Positions 18,376 to 30,453 of a stretch of 64,000 bases of DNA are shown here, piece by piece. The translations under genes and the position numbers were made by a program. Below the pieces are notes generated by a model. That model made no database searches. It saw only the letters and a list, made by a program, of their open reading frames with translations, and was not told the origin of the DNA. The stretch comes from a virus. Location: positions 32,001 to 96,000 of IMG/VR virus record IMGVR_UViG_3300045988_179398. One strand, written 5' to 3'. The first letter of the stretch is position 1; each line of letters starts with the position of its first letter.

Positions 18376-21300
18376 ATGATAATGAATCGTGCTGAATTAG
18401 ATAAATATTTGGCTAATAATATAGTTTATACTGGCGAATATCTCGAAGCTATGTCTGCGAAAGACTTTGCAACTTTAAACGAAGCCGCGAAAAAGAAGGT
18501 TCAAGAAATGGCTAAGCGCGGAAGAGAAGAGAGTGCGATGAAAGGGTCTTTGGCGGATATGGAAGCAAAGGCTAAAAGTCTTGGATATGATGTTGCGTAC
18601 AATGTAAACAAAAAAACTAATGAAATAGAAGTCATCTTGGTTGAAAAAGGGCAAGATGTAAAGAAAAATTATGAAAAAGTTGCGGCTGAAGCACCGACCT
18701 TCAAACTTTCTATCGGCGAAGGAACTCGTGGCGGAAAGGGAAGAATGGCTGCGCCAAAATCTTACGCACCACACGTTAGCAAAAGCGGCAAAGGGACTGT
18801 TTTACTCACACAGGTGGAAGAAACTATAAATAGTGTTACTGACGCTTTGTCAAAGCTCGACAGCAGAAAAACAAGACCCGACAAAGGATATGTTAAACAT
18901 GAAGTGAAGAAAGCACAGCGGTTGGCAGAACAATCTATCGTTACGACCGAGGGCTATTCGGTTGTTGATGAAGATAAATTCATGGAAGAAATGAAAAGAG
19001 AAACCTCGAATGCAAGAGGACAATTTGTTCGAACTAGTATGAGAGTAGGCGGCTTAATTGGCGAAGTTATTAAAAAAAGCAATTTTACCAAAAATATAAC
19101 AGCTGCTCAGAGATTAACACAGGACGAACTTAAAGCTCTTAATCAAAAGGCGGACGCGGTTGTAACGAAATACCTTGCGATTTATGCACAAGAAGGAGAA
19201 AAAGCAGCCGATAATTATTTTAAAGCCACCAAGGTCTTAAAAGACGATTTTAAATTGAGTGAAGATGATATTAAAGCTCAATTAGAAGCGGTTAAATCTG
19301 GATTTGGTGACTTTTTATATTTGCCGTCTTCCTTTGGTTTGAGCGGTGATAACGCTTTAAATACGAAAAAATTTTCCTATGTAGGCGATAGAGATTTAGC
19401 ATTCCGTCCATCCACGAGAACTGGTAGACATACGTCGCAAACAAGGAATTATCTCGAACGTAGCCAAAGAGCAAAATCAAGAGTCAAAAAAAGAGCCACG
19501 GAACGTTTTATTCCTGATGTTGATAAAGCAGATACTTCTTATTATAAAGAAATGGGGCATCAATTATATAAGCGTGGCTTGGTTTCTGGTGGGACTAAGG
19601 ATGGGATTGAATATACTCCGCAGATGTTGGTCACTAAAGCATATGAAGATGCTGCGGCTGCTTATATTGAAGAGAAGGTAAAAAAACTCAAAGAGAGCAA
19701 AAAATATAATAAAGCTTCCGACGCTCGTAAAGCAAAAATGGAAGAAGAATTGCGAGATAATATTCAAAAATCGCTTCCGACGATAGCTCAACTTGGCATT
19801 ATGGAAGATGCTGGTTTAATGAGTGAATCCGCCGCTCGTGAATTCGAATCGAGCAGAATGGTGACGACGACTATTTCTGAAAATGAATACGACAAATTGC
19901 AAAAAGAAGCCAAAGAAAAATACGAAAAACTTTCTGAAAAAGCTAAGAAGGCTGTAAATTTATCGGATTTTACCGATCGATTTATCGCTAAAAAAGCACT
20001 TAAACGCAGTAAACTTTCTGACGTAGATATTTTTCGTAATGGAGCGGAGGGTGCTTTTTCTATATCTGCAACGGAAACAGTTGGTGGAAATAGAGCTAAA
20101 TTGCTTTCGAGATATACTGGCGCTCGTGAAACAGACGTTGCCGTTCCTGATTTTATTTTCAATAGGATGGCAAAAGAGCTTAAGATTGAAGGCGCCGACA
20201 TAATTAGTGCGGCGAAAAAGTTTAAAGCGGAGGAAATTCCTGGGTATTTTCAAGGATTATTAGGTGCTTCTATATCGCAACGAACAGCAGGCAAAAACCA
20301 AGATGAAATAGAAAAAACACTTAAAGATACGGTTGCCGCTTTAAATTCAATCGGCTTTAAAGCTTCACTTGGTGAGAATGGAGAAATTTTTATAGATAAT
20401 TCTGACGAAGCAGTGTCACAGATTAAGTGGGATAAAGCATTGGGTTATCTTGAAAGTCTCAATATTCTTAAGCAAATCGATGGCGGTTTTGAATTTGTAA
20501 ATCCAGCAACAATTATAGAAGATGTTATTAATCAAGCGGATACATACGATCCGTCGAAAAAGGTTAAAACAAGCCCAAAAGAGTATTCAAGTGTAAAACG
20601 TGATATCGCCGAGGCGATGGCTGCCTCTGGAGATAAGAGCAAATTCAAATCTTTGGCGGCAGATGTCGATAGAATGTATGATCCAACCACTGGAGCGTTC
20701 GGCGCCGAAGCCAAAAAGGCATCGGTTGACATAGATGCCATATTGAATAAAAAAACGGGGTCTATAGTAAAAACTTATCAAACGACCATAAGTGGGAAAG
20801 ACAGAATAAAAGACGTCACTTCTCTTAAGAGAAAAAGTTATAAAGGGAAGATGAAAAATAAAAAGGGTGCTCACTATATAATATCCGTTGGGCGTGGTTC
20901 TGGGTACACCATTGACGCCTCTCAGTTAGAAATGGCAGCAATCAATTATCAAGAGGCTGGCGGTTTGCTTACTCGTGAAGATTATGAAAACACAGTTCTT
21001 GGTACAATTAATAAAGTCAAGTCGGAAATACTCACGAATGATACAACTGCCTCGGTAGATGTCATGATCGATCCTGGCACTGATTTTGGATTTGGTATGT
21101 CGTTCGATGGAGAAAACGCCTCGGAAGGAGCAACTGGAAGATTTTTGGTTTTGCCAAATGTTGAAATAGACACTGTGCAAAAGGATGGCGAAACATTATA
21201 TAGTTTGCCAAGTTACAACAAAGAGATTCATTCTCTCATTGGTTCGATTAAATCGGGGCAAGGGGATAGCGGTAAAATAGCACAAGAGTTAAATAAGAAA

Positions 21301-24300
21301 ATGTTTGATGCCGCACATTCAAGCAAAGGGACGTTGTGGCAAAAGGCGCATACTAAGCGACAGGGCGGATCAACGAGTGGTCACATTACTGGCATATCTC
21401 AAGATGCGATTGATAAAGCGTTAGCTGAAGGCGATATCGAAAAAGCAAAGAGATTGGCTTCCGATATCTGGGTAAGCGAAAAAGCAATGATGGAAATGCT
21501 TTCCAGCAAAACCCCTTATACAAGCGCAGATGGTGTTTATAATGTTTCCGAACATCAAAATTTTTTAACAGAAGCGGTGAAGCACTTATATAAAGACGAA
21601 GCTGGTGGTATACTCGATGGTTTAAGTGGTTCCGATGACGAAAAAAATAAAATATTATCCAGAGCAATTGCTCAAAGAATAGCAGATGATAAATTTACTG
21701 GCGCAAAAGAAGGGTTGGCGGGCATAATGAACCGTTTCCCGTCGATTGCACAATTATCAGCTGTTTTCAGTAGTTACCATGTTTCTTCCCAATTACAAGG
21801 GAAAGATATAATGGTTGGTGCCGCAATTGCAAAATTTGTAAACGGCGACTATGACGGAGATACTTTGCAACTTGTATTGGGGTTGATGAGCAGCGGAAAA
21901 TCGTTTGAAGAAGCCGATGAAATGGTCGAAAGGCAGCGAGAGAAAAACCTTAATCTTTATAAACAGATGTTCTCGAAAGGAAAAGGTGAGCCGCTCGATA
22001 AAACTGTCGCAACTCTAACAGATGCGCAAAAATTATCAGACCCGAAATATATGGGATTGTCTGCGTTGGCGGCTAAATTCAATAAACCTTATACGGGAAT
22101 GTTTTCTAATATTTCCACGCGTATAAGAGAAGGGTTGAAATTTACTGGTTTTGATGTTATCGATGAGCAAGGCAATCCAAGAGAATTATCTTCGGTTAAT
22201 GATTATATCGACGTAATAAGAGGTAAATTAGTTGCTGGCGTTGGGCAAATATTGGAACAAGATAGTATTTCTTCTAAAAAGGTCGAAAAGCGTTTAGATG
22301 AAGCAAGGAAAGCGAAAGGAAGAGATTTAACATCCGAAGAAGAAGAGGCAGAGCAACTTAAAGTTTTGCAAGAGTTTGAAGATTTGTATAATATGATGAG
22401 GGATCCGAAATCCTCATATTCCGATATTATAGGAAGAATGTCCGAAATGGGATTATTCGGTTCAGACGTCACTCAAATTTCAAGCACTTTAAGCTCAAAT
22501 ATTTTAGGATTGTTAAAAGGCGTATCTGGCGAAGATAGAAATATAATTCTTTCGAGACTCGGAATTTCTGAAGACGATTTAACGAAAGGTGCTTTATCAT
22601 CAGATGTTTATAAAAATGCTGGGAATGCTTTGGAAAACCAACTTGTTGATCCAACCACAGGAAAGCGGCTCAAAATATTCGCAGGCGAGTATGGAACTGG
22701 TTTAGCAACCTCGAGATCTTTCACCCCTTATATGAAGCAGGATACCTATGAGCTTCTTAGGTTTTTAAAATCATTGGAAGATGTTAATAGCGTATTAAAA
22801 AAGACTGGCGAAATAATTGATGAAAATGGTAACAAATTCAATCAGTATGGTGAGAGAATTAAAGAAGCGAAATCTTCGTTGGCGGCAGAAGCAGGGCAAG
22901 AATCTGCAAAAGTTGTTATTGCTGCTAAAGAAGGAAAGACGATAGAAAGGAATGTTGATATTTACCAGAAATTATCTGAAAAATTAAAGACGGCTGGTAA
23001 TAATTATAACGAGATTAACCGTTTATCGACTTCTGAGCTAAAAAGCAGATTACTTCCTTACGGCGGAGAACAAACGACTGGAATCGACGAGAAAACTTTA
23101 AATAGCGTTTATCGAAAAATCAAAGCTGGCAAAACGTTTACAAAAGCAGAACTCGCTACGCAATTTGGTGTCGAGGACGAAAAGGCGTTAAACTCATTAT
23201 TCCTTGGTAATTTAAGTACCGTTCGTGGTAATTATATCCATAACTTATCGCAGGGAGATGTTAAAGGCGCAAGGAAAGAAAAACTGAAACTTCAAAAAAT
23301 GTTTGGAGTTTTGGGGTATTCAGATGAGCAAATCGCAAGCACGTTTGATACATATAAGGCTGGCGCCAAAAACGTAAAGGCTATAACTAAACAATACGGC
23401 AGGTCTTTGGGCTCAGAAATTCCTTTTATCGGAATGACGAGTGATGGGCAATACGTTGTCAATGCTCGAGGAGACGAATTTTTCGTTGGCGAGCGTGCAA
23501 ATCCGTTTTATGATAAAGACTTTAAAGATCCAAATCAAAAGAAGATGCAAAGGGTCTTTACCGCTGTTGATTATAAAACACATACAAGTGGGAAACTCGA
23601 AGACTCTGATATTGTTCAAGGTGTAATATACAAAACATTTCTTGAAGATTTACAGACACGTTTAAAGAGTATAAAAGGCGACGTAGATATTGATTCTTTC
23701 CGTGCCGAAGTTAGTAAAGGTATGAAATATACCTCGAAAACAGAAGAAAGAGAAGCTTTGCTTGCTAAAATTACACCAGATCTTATTAAAAACCTGAAAG
23801 AATCAGATGTTGTTCAAACAGAAATTATTGTTGTAAATCCCTCAACTGGTTCTGCTCAAGCATATTCCGTTGGGGCTGATAAAGATAAATTCAAAGTAGC
23901 ACGTGATATAATTCTTAGTGGCGATACTTCTCCTTTAACATCGGAAGAGAAGACTTCGGTAAAAAGCGTAGCGAAGAAAAGGACTGACGCAAGATACTTT
24001 AAACCAGGCGAACAACAAGAAGGGATTGGAAGTATAGAGGATAAACTCAAACAAAGTGGTGGTGTTACCGCTGAGCAAAAGAACGAATCTCAAAAAGAGT
24101 ATAACACTCTCGTTTCAGAAGAGTTTAAACTCAAAAAAGAAATCGCTGCTCTCGATAAAGAACGCTGGAAGTTGACCAATATTGAAGGCAAAAAGAGCAC
24201 CGACTATACAGTTCAAAATCTCGATGCGGAAAAACAATGGCGCCAAGACGAGTTAAAACGTATGCAAGATCGCAAAGCCGAACTTGAGGGTTTGGGTGCG

Positions 24301-24974
24301 GTTGAAAGTAAAGCGACAACGGCTTCGAATGAAGAAAAAATGACCGCGTATTTGACGCGATTAGGCGTCGGCGCAGATGGGAAAATGGCTTTAACACCCG
24401 AAGAACAGGCAGATTACTGGTCTCAATACGAGCGTGCGCTTGACAAACAGGCTCGCGCGGAAGAAGAGATTTTCGGTATTCGAAATAAAGCGCAGACAAG
24501 TTACGGAACAGAGAAAAACTTACTTTATCAAATTGCAGACGAGAAAGAAAAAGCGCTGGTAACGGATAAAGCAAATGTCGCAATGCTCGAAAAGATTGTT
24601 GGCAAACTTGATCCGACCCGTCTTGCGAACATCAAAGAACAGGTTGCACTTAACCAACAGCTTTATAAACTGCAAGCACTCAAACAAACCCGTGGCGCGA
24701 CCTCTATTTGGGACGTTATGGCGAACGATATTCGTCGTGCGACCATGCGTATTGCAGACTTCGGAATTGCTGCGAAGGTTTTAAACAAGATTCCGCAGGA
24801 TATACAGAAGGTAATTCAGTATACGAAAGAGTTAGACGCGGCGATGACGAATATCAGAATCGTTAGCGGAAAATCGATGGAAGAAGCGCAGGAATTTATG
24901 CGCGGATTACAACAAATAGCACAAAAAACAGGTACAACTTTAAGCGAGTTGGCGAGTGCTGCCAACGAGTGGCT
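18376..24974 (+). CDS. Giant tail protein, exon 1: N-terminal two-barrel RNA-polymerase-like module + coiled-coil region + start of TP901-type tape-measure core
   Basis: AGGAGG upstream. Residues 1119-1162 (NRFPS...GK-x12-NGDYDGD) align with the RNAP beta-prime active-site barrel. KGKMKNKKG...VDVMIDPGTDFGFGMS is beta-like. The C-terminal ...SGKSMEEAQEFMRGLQQIAQKTGTTLSELASAANEWL is the canonical start of the tape-measure core. The apparent stop at 25008 lies inside the intron. Confidence 0.8.
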
Positions 24975-25281
24975 TGACGATTGTCTGGGTCACTATAAAC
25001 TCCTTTAATTGCTGGAACCCCCTTAGAACCATATAGCTACAACATAACGATGAAATATGCGCAAGTGTGATAGTTGAAAATATATGGATTGGGAAATCAG
25101 CAGCCAAGCCTCGAATAGAGGAAGGTTCAACGAATATGTTCCACGAGTGTGGATAATGGGGAGCTCTACATAGAGAAATCTATGCGAAAGATATATTCTG
25201 AACTTCTGGGGAAACTCAGAGAAAATTCTATTATAGAATCTTTTAAATGATAAACTAAATTTAAAAGTAACACAATTACAG
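24975..25281 (+). ncRNA. Group I intron (ORF-less) interrupting the tape-measure gene
   Basis: All four conserved elements occur in the correct order: P AATTGCTGGAA (25007-17), Q AATCAGCAGCC (25095-105), R GTTCAACGAATAT (25125-37) and S AAGATATATTC (25188-98). P4 TGCTG/CAGCA and P7 GAATAT/ATATTC pair perfectly. P1 pairs exon AGTGGCTT (24968-75) with GGGTCACT (24987-94), placing a U-G wobble at the splice site. G25281 serves as omega-G. P10 pairs ACAA (25282-85) with TTGT (24981-84). Boundaries are +/-1 nt. Confidence 0.85.
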
Positions 25282-28200
25282 ACAAGGTTATGAAAGCACT
25301 GAGGAGATAGAAGAACTTCTCGACGCTTCGACAAAATTAAGTAAGCTTGGTATGATACCCGCAAGCGAAAGCGTTAAACTCTTAACGTCGAGCTTAAAAG
25401 GTATGAAGTTATCCGCGAACGAAGCGATTTCCGTCGTTGATAAGTTGACAAAACTTGACATGAAGAGTGCTACGAGTGCGCAGGAACTCGCCCAAGCTTT
25501 AAGCAAGGTTGCAAACTCGGCGCGTCTCGCGAAAGTGTCTCAAGACGAAATTTTGGGTATTCTCAGTGTCGGTATTGAAACGACGCAACAGAGTGGTGAT
25601 GTTATCGGCACGGCTGTCAGAAGTCTTTTGGCAAGGTTCTCAAACGTTAAAGCTTCGAAATTTGGCGGAAGTGGAGAAGAAACCGAGGGAACGTTGAACG
25701 ATACGGAAGCCGTTCTTTCTAAGATTGGAATTCGTATAAGAAGTGCGTCGGGCGAAATGCGCTCGTTTATAGACGTTCTCGATGATGTCGCAGAAAAGTG
25801 GGATACTCTCGATGATGTTTCCCGTAATGCCATCAGTACCGCCATGGCAGGCACTAGACAAAAGGAGATCTTCGCATCAATCATTGAAAATTACGATCGC
25901 GTAAGAGAATTGATAAACGAATCTGCCAATGCCGCAGGAACCGCTGACGAGAAATACACCGCTTACATGGACTCTATGGAGGCGGCGACGAAGCGGCTCC
26001 AAAACGCGTGGGAAGGATTTACTCAATCGCTCGAAACGAGCACGGTAATGAAATCTATTACAAATACGGCTGCGTTTTTTGTCGAAAATGCTGATAAACT
26101 CAAGTATCTTGTGACTTATATAGCAGCCGCTGGTTCAGTAAAATTTTTTAACTTCTTGACCAACAAAGGCGAAACGGGCGGCTGGAAAGGTTTGGTTGCC
26201 AATATCCCGTTTGTAGGCAGAGGAACGAAGACTAACAATATCCTCGAAAGTATTGACAAAAAAGTCGGCAACATCGAGAGAGGTGTCGGAGCGGATTCGT
26301 TAGCAAATCAAACAAAGAATGGTGGTTTCTTTAAAAGGCTTGGCGGTTTCTTAAAAACTGGCTTTGGATTTGGGGATATTTATGATCCAGAAACTGGGAA
26401 GAGTATTTCTTATAGAGAAGCAAAGGCATATGGCAAACTTTTAAAATCGACTACTGGGGGGACCGCAGTAACCGATCCACAAATGAACCAATATGTAAAA
26501 CTCCTTAAACAGCGTAAAATCGGTAATGTCGCGATGGGTGCAACTTCTGCCGTTTTAACTAATCTGTTTACTACGAAACAAGTCGGCGGAAGCGGATTTG
26601 GGAAGCTGGTTAATACAACCAATCAAACCGTAGAAGAAACTACTGGCGATAAAATCGGGAGGACGGTTCTTTCTGGTGCCCTTGCTGGGCTCGGAGGATA
26701 CGTTTTAGGTCCTTTTGGAGCTATAATTGGGCAAACTCTAGGCGAAAATTTTGCAGGAATGTTCTCGACTTGGTTCCATCGTGACGAGCTTGCGATGAAG
26801 CAGCGCGTCGCTGAAGCCAAAGAGAATCTTGCAGCGCTGAAAAACTTGGATACGACCTTAGACAGTATAAATCTTGCAGAAGAAGGCAGCGCTGATGAGT
26901 TCGCGAATAAATTGAGAGATTATTTCACAGATAACCCCGATTTGTTCAAGCCCTTAATAGGATCATTAAACGATAGTAAAGCGATACAGGGAATAGATAG
27001 AATTTCTCAATTAGTGAACTTAGTTAAGAACAATAACACGGCCGACAACGAGAAGATTTTACAGGCGTTGAAAGTCGCTATTCCCAAAGGGAAAATCGGG
27101 GAGATATACGACTCTCAAGAAGAAGAACGCGCGAAAATTATAAAAGAAGAACAATCGGTTATTTATAGTGTTTCACAGTTACGTGATATTTTAGACCGTG
27201 TTAGTCAGGTCGATAAGAGTGTAGATTGGAGCCCCATAATAGGTGGAGATTGGGGCACCATAGAGGGAAGACTGGCCATTTTCGAAAAGCTCCGAGATAT
27301 AAATAGTGAAAATCTTAAGGATATTCTGCCTGATGAGTACATTGATTATTATATAAACAAAGTGAAACCCCTTGCTATAAAAATGCAAGCGCTGGATGAC
27401 GAGATTCTTACCCCGATTGCGCAATTCGGTTTTAATAAGTCTAATATTGCCAATCTTTCGGGGTATGAATTGACCGATCTCGGTGTTGAGGGGGCTGTCA
27501 AAAAGGTTGCAGATACACTGCAAGACGCGGGTTATAATGTCATGACTAACGGTCTGATACATAGGGATATATATGACCAGATTATGAATCAAATTAAAAA
27601 ATCTGATATATATAAGAGTTTGCAGTATGGTACAAAGACCATAGGGGAACTCGACCTAAACAAGGAACAAGATTTAAAGAGATTTGAACAGTTCGCTCAC
27701 GCGTTTGGTATTTCTATAGACAAAGCCGAAAAATTAAAAGAAGAATTCGGAGATTTATCTACTGCGATGGCTTATATGACGCCGCAAGAAGTGCTTGATT
27801 ATTATAATAATTTATCGTCCATATTCAACGATTTGGCTACTAACGCCGCAGTTTCGGCTGAAAACATCGAAAAAATATTAACCGACGAAAATTATAAGAG
27901 TCTTATTCCTTATTTAACCAAAGGGAACGAAGCACTTCAAGCCAACCTTTATAAAAGGTTGTTGGGCGGAGAGAAGGACTTTGTTTATGAGGCATCTTTA
28001 TTTTCTTCGTTAATGTCCAACAAGGATATTTTTGAGAGTTTCACAGATAAGCTCGAAGACGAAGGTTTGAAGAAGAGAATTAGCGAATTAGGCTACACGT
28101 CTTTCCAATCCATTATTTCTGCCGTTCAGGACGGGACCATTAAAGAGAGTGATGAAATTGTTCAAAAGGCAAAAGAAGAAATCGAAGCTTGGAACGTAGA

Positions 28201-29467
28201 ATACAAGAAAGACTTGGAGGGGACCAATAAACTTATTTCTTATCAAACGTCCCTTTTAGACAAACAAATCACTAACCTTAACGACCAAAAATCGGCGTTA
28301 AAAGATGTTAACAATGAGCGCGAAAAAGAGCTTAATCTCATAAAGGCGAGACAAGCACTTGAAGACGCACGGAAAGAAAAGAAGAGGGTTTATCGTGCGG
28401 GTGTCGGGTTTGTTATGGAAAGTAACGAAGAAGCAATAAATTCCGCTCAGAAAGCGCTCGACGATCTTGACGTTGAAAAGAGGCAGGAGGAAATCCAACT
28501 TCGAATAGACGCCCTACAGCAAGAAAAAGATATTCTAGAAAATTTGCCCAAAGAAGAAGAAATGGCGCAGCTTTCGAAGATATATGCTCAATGGGCTGGC
28601 GATGGCGAAGGCAGCATGAACTCTGTTTCCAAGGCAACCGCCGATTTGGTTGCAAAATACAAAGATTCAATCGGGGCGCTGGATGCTTATAAAAAGTTCG
28701 TCGATGAACTTAGGATTGAAAAGCCCAAAGATAATACCCCGCCGTCTTCCAACAACAACACTTTAGGTGCTCGACGTATCAATGTGGGTAGTATTGAGGG
28801 TGTAGATGACGATAAGTATAAGAAAAATTATAGGGGTTACGACGGGATGTCGATCACATTCGACGGAACAACGTATGAAGTGTTAACGTCGAATAAGAAA
28901 GATGATATTAGAGAGCAAGAATTTATCAAAGCCAAGTATAAAGAATTATATAAAAATCCCAAAACAGGAGAAGTTGACGATCCTAAAACAGGAGATGTCG
29001 TCTCCTATGGTGGGAACTATTATGTTTACCACGAAAGTAATACAACTTGGGAAAAAATTCTTAATGAAAGAGATGGCGAAGAGTTAATTAAAGCTTTCCG
29101 TGACAAGGGATATTCTTCTGGAACAACTTCCTTCCAAGGTGGCAGAGCTCTTGTCAATGAGCTCGGAACCGAGGCGGTCATTACTCCAGGCGGCACGCTT
29201 ACCGCGCTTCCTTCGAAGACGGGTATCGTCCCTGCGGACATAACCCGAAATGTTTGGGCACTCGGCGAAGTTGCTCCGACGCTGGTTGCGCAGCTTAGTT
29301 CGCTTAATCAAAAAGCGCTCACTGGCAACGCTGGAAACACGACTTATGAAGAAGGTCAATACATCGATAATCTTACCATGAACGTTTATCCGACAAAGGA
29401 TTACGATATGGATAAGTTGCTTTCCGAGGCGCGTGCCAAGGCGAAGCTCACAAGGCACAACAATTAA
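25282..29467 (+). CDS. Giant tail protein, exon 2: remainder of the tape-measure protein
   Basis: The frame is open upstream of the track's ATG (25352) back to 25271. Splicing gives ...AANEWL-QGYEATEEIEELLDASTKLSKLGMIPASE..., restoring the tape-measure core. The C-terminal ...LVNELGTEAVITPGGTLTALPSKTGIVPA motif is typical of tape measures. Confidence 0.85.
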
Positions 29468-29535
29468 ATAAAGGTGGGGATAAGGCGGGGTAAAACCCGC
29501 CGATATCCGCACTAAATAGAAATAAGGAGAGAATT

Positions 29536-30336
29536 ATGTTATATTTAAATTATGCAAAGCCCATACAGGGCGGAAACATCTTGAACTTCTTCGCAGACTC
29601 TGAAAAAGACCTCGAAGCGGTGAGCGGCGGCAAAAAGTTCATAGCGAATAACGGAACGGATTATGGCGTGCCCGCCGATAGTTCTACGGTGATAATCACG
29701 CTGCCCGATAAGACTAAAAAGACATATATGTTGAGTGGCGGCGAGTGGATTGAAAACCCTGGAATAGAGAGTTTTATTAATACAGAGTTAAATCCGACAA
29801 AGATGAGTTTGCCATTGATTGATGCAATTGGAACTTTAGCAAAAAAACCTGCTGATTATTGTCTCGCGCCACAATATGATGAAAAAACTGGGTTTGTATT
29901 TGGAAATGAGTTTATAGAACTACAAACTAATACTCATTTTAATGGAGATGAAACTGGCGCATCAAAACCTATGCCTGGGGAGTTATATATAGTGTTTCTT
30001 CCCGACATAAATGACTTTGGGAGTATAATGACCTCGACAGACCGTGATATTCAATGTGAAACTCCCACCACATATATCTGCAAGGTTGTGGAAACAACAA
30101 ATCAAGATTATTTTTTAATAAATTATGATTGTACTTTGGAAACCCCTGAAGATTATTCTAATTTTTACCAGTATTTGATGAGTGAATTTAACGGTGTTTA
30201 TGACGAGAGATACTCTTCGGTAAAATTTGCCTGTCCATATAATTCATCTGGAGAAATAAGTTTTGCTCTCGGCGGTTTCATAACAAGAGAAAAACGTCTT
30301 AAGTCGATGACTTTTTCGATGATAAGAATTAAATAA
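29536..30336 (+). CDS. Tail-associated protein; N-terminal domain paralogous to ORF 7525
   Basis: AAGGAGAG upstream. Shares a ~70-aa N-terminal domain with ORF 7525-8427 and lies immediately after the tape measure. Confidence 0.55.
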   Translation: MLYLNYAKPIQGGNILNFFADSEKDLEAVSGGKKFIANNGTDYGVPADSSTVIITLPDKTKKTYMLSGGEWIENPGIESFINTELNPTKMSLPLIDAIGTLAKKPADYCLAPQYDEKTGFVFGNEFIELQTNTHFNGDETGASKPMPGELYIVFLPDINDFGSIMTSTDRDIQCETPTTYICKVVETTNQDYFLINYDCTLETPEDYSNFYQYLMSEFNGVYDERYSSVKFACPYNSSGEISFALGGFITREKRLKSMTFSMIRIK

Positions 30337-30453
30337 AATAATGGTTTTATCGCGTTTCCATTAAAAAACGCGTTACCATTAGTTTGGGTGTGGCGGTTGA
30401 GAAAACCTCCCGCCCGCCACGACTCAATAAAAAAATAAAGAGGAGGAAAAATC

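Noticed and set aside
18376-25008. Treating the stop at 25008 as the true end of a 2,210-aa protein and 25352 as the start of a separate 1,371-aa tape-measure gene.
   Set aside because: The conserved tape-measure core motif is split across the gap. The downstream frame is open 81 nt upstream of the ATG, and that ATG has no Shine-Dalgarno site. The gap has a full set of group I intron elements. A truncated product from unspliced RNA remains possible.
25023-25364. 113-aa minus-strand ORF lying inside the intron region; considered as an intron-encoded homing endonuclease.
   Set aside because: It is on the opposite strand and has no LAGLIDADG, GIY-YIG, HNH or His-Cys motifs. It overlaps the conserved P/Q/R/S core and runs into exon 2. 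It is most likely a chance ORF.
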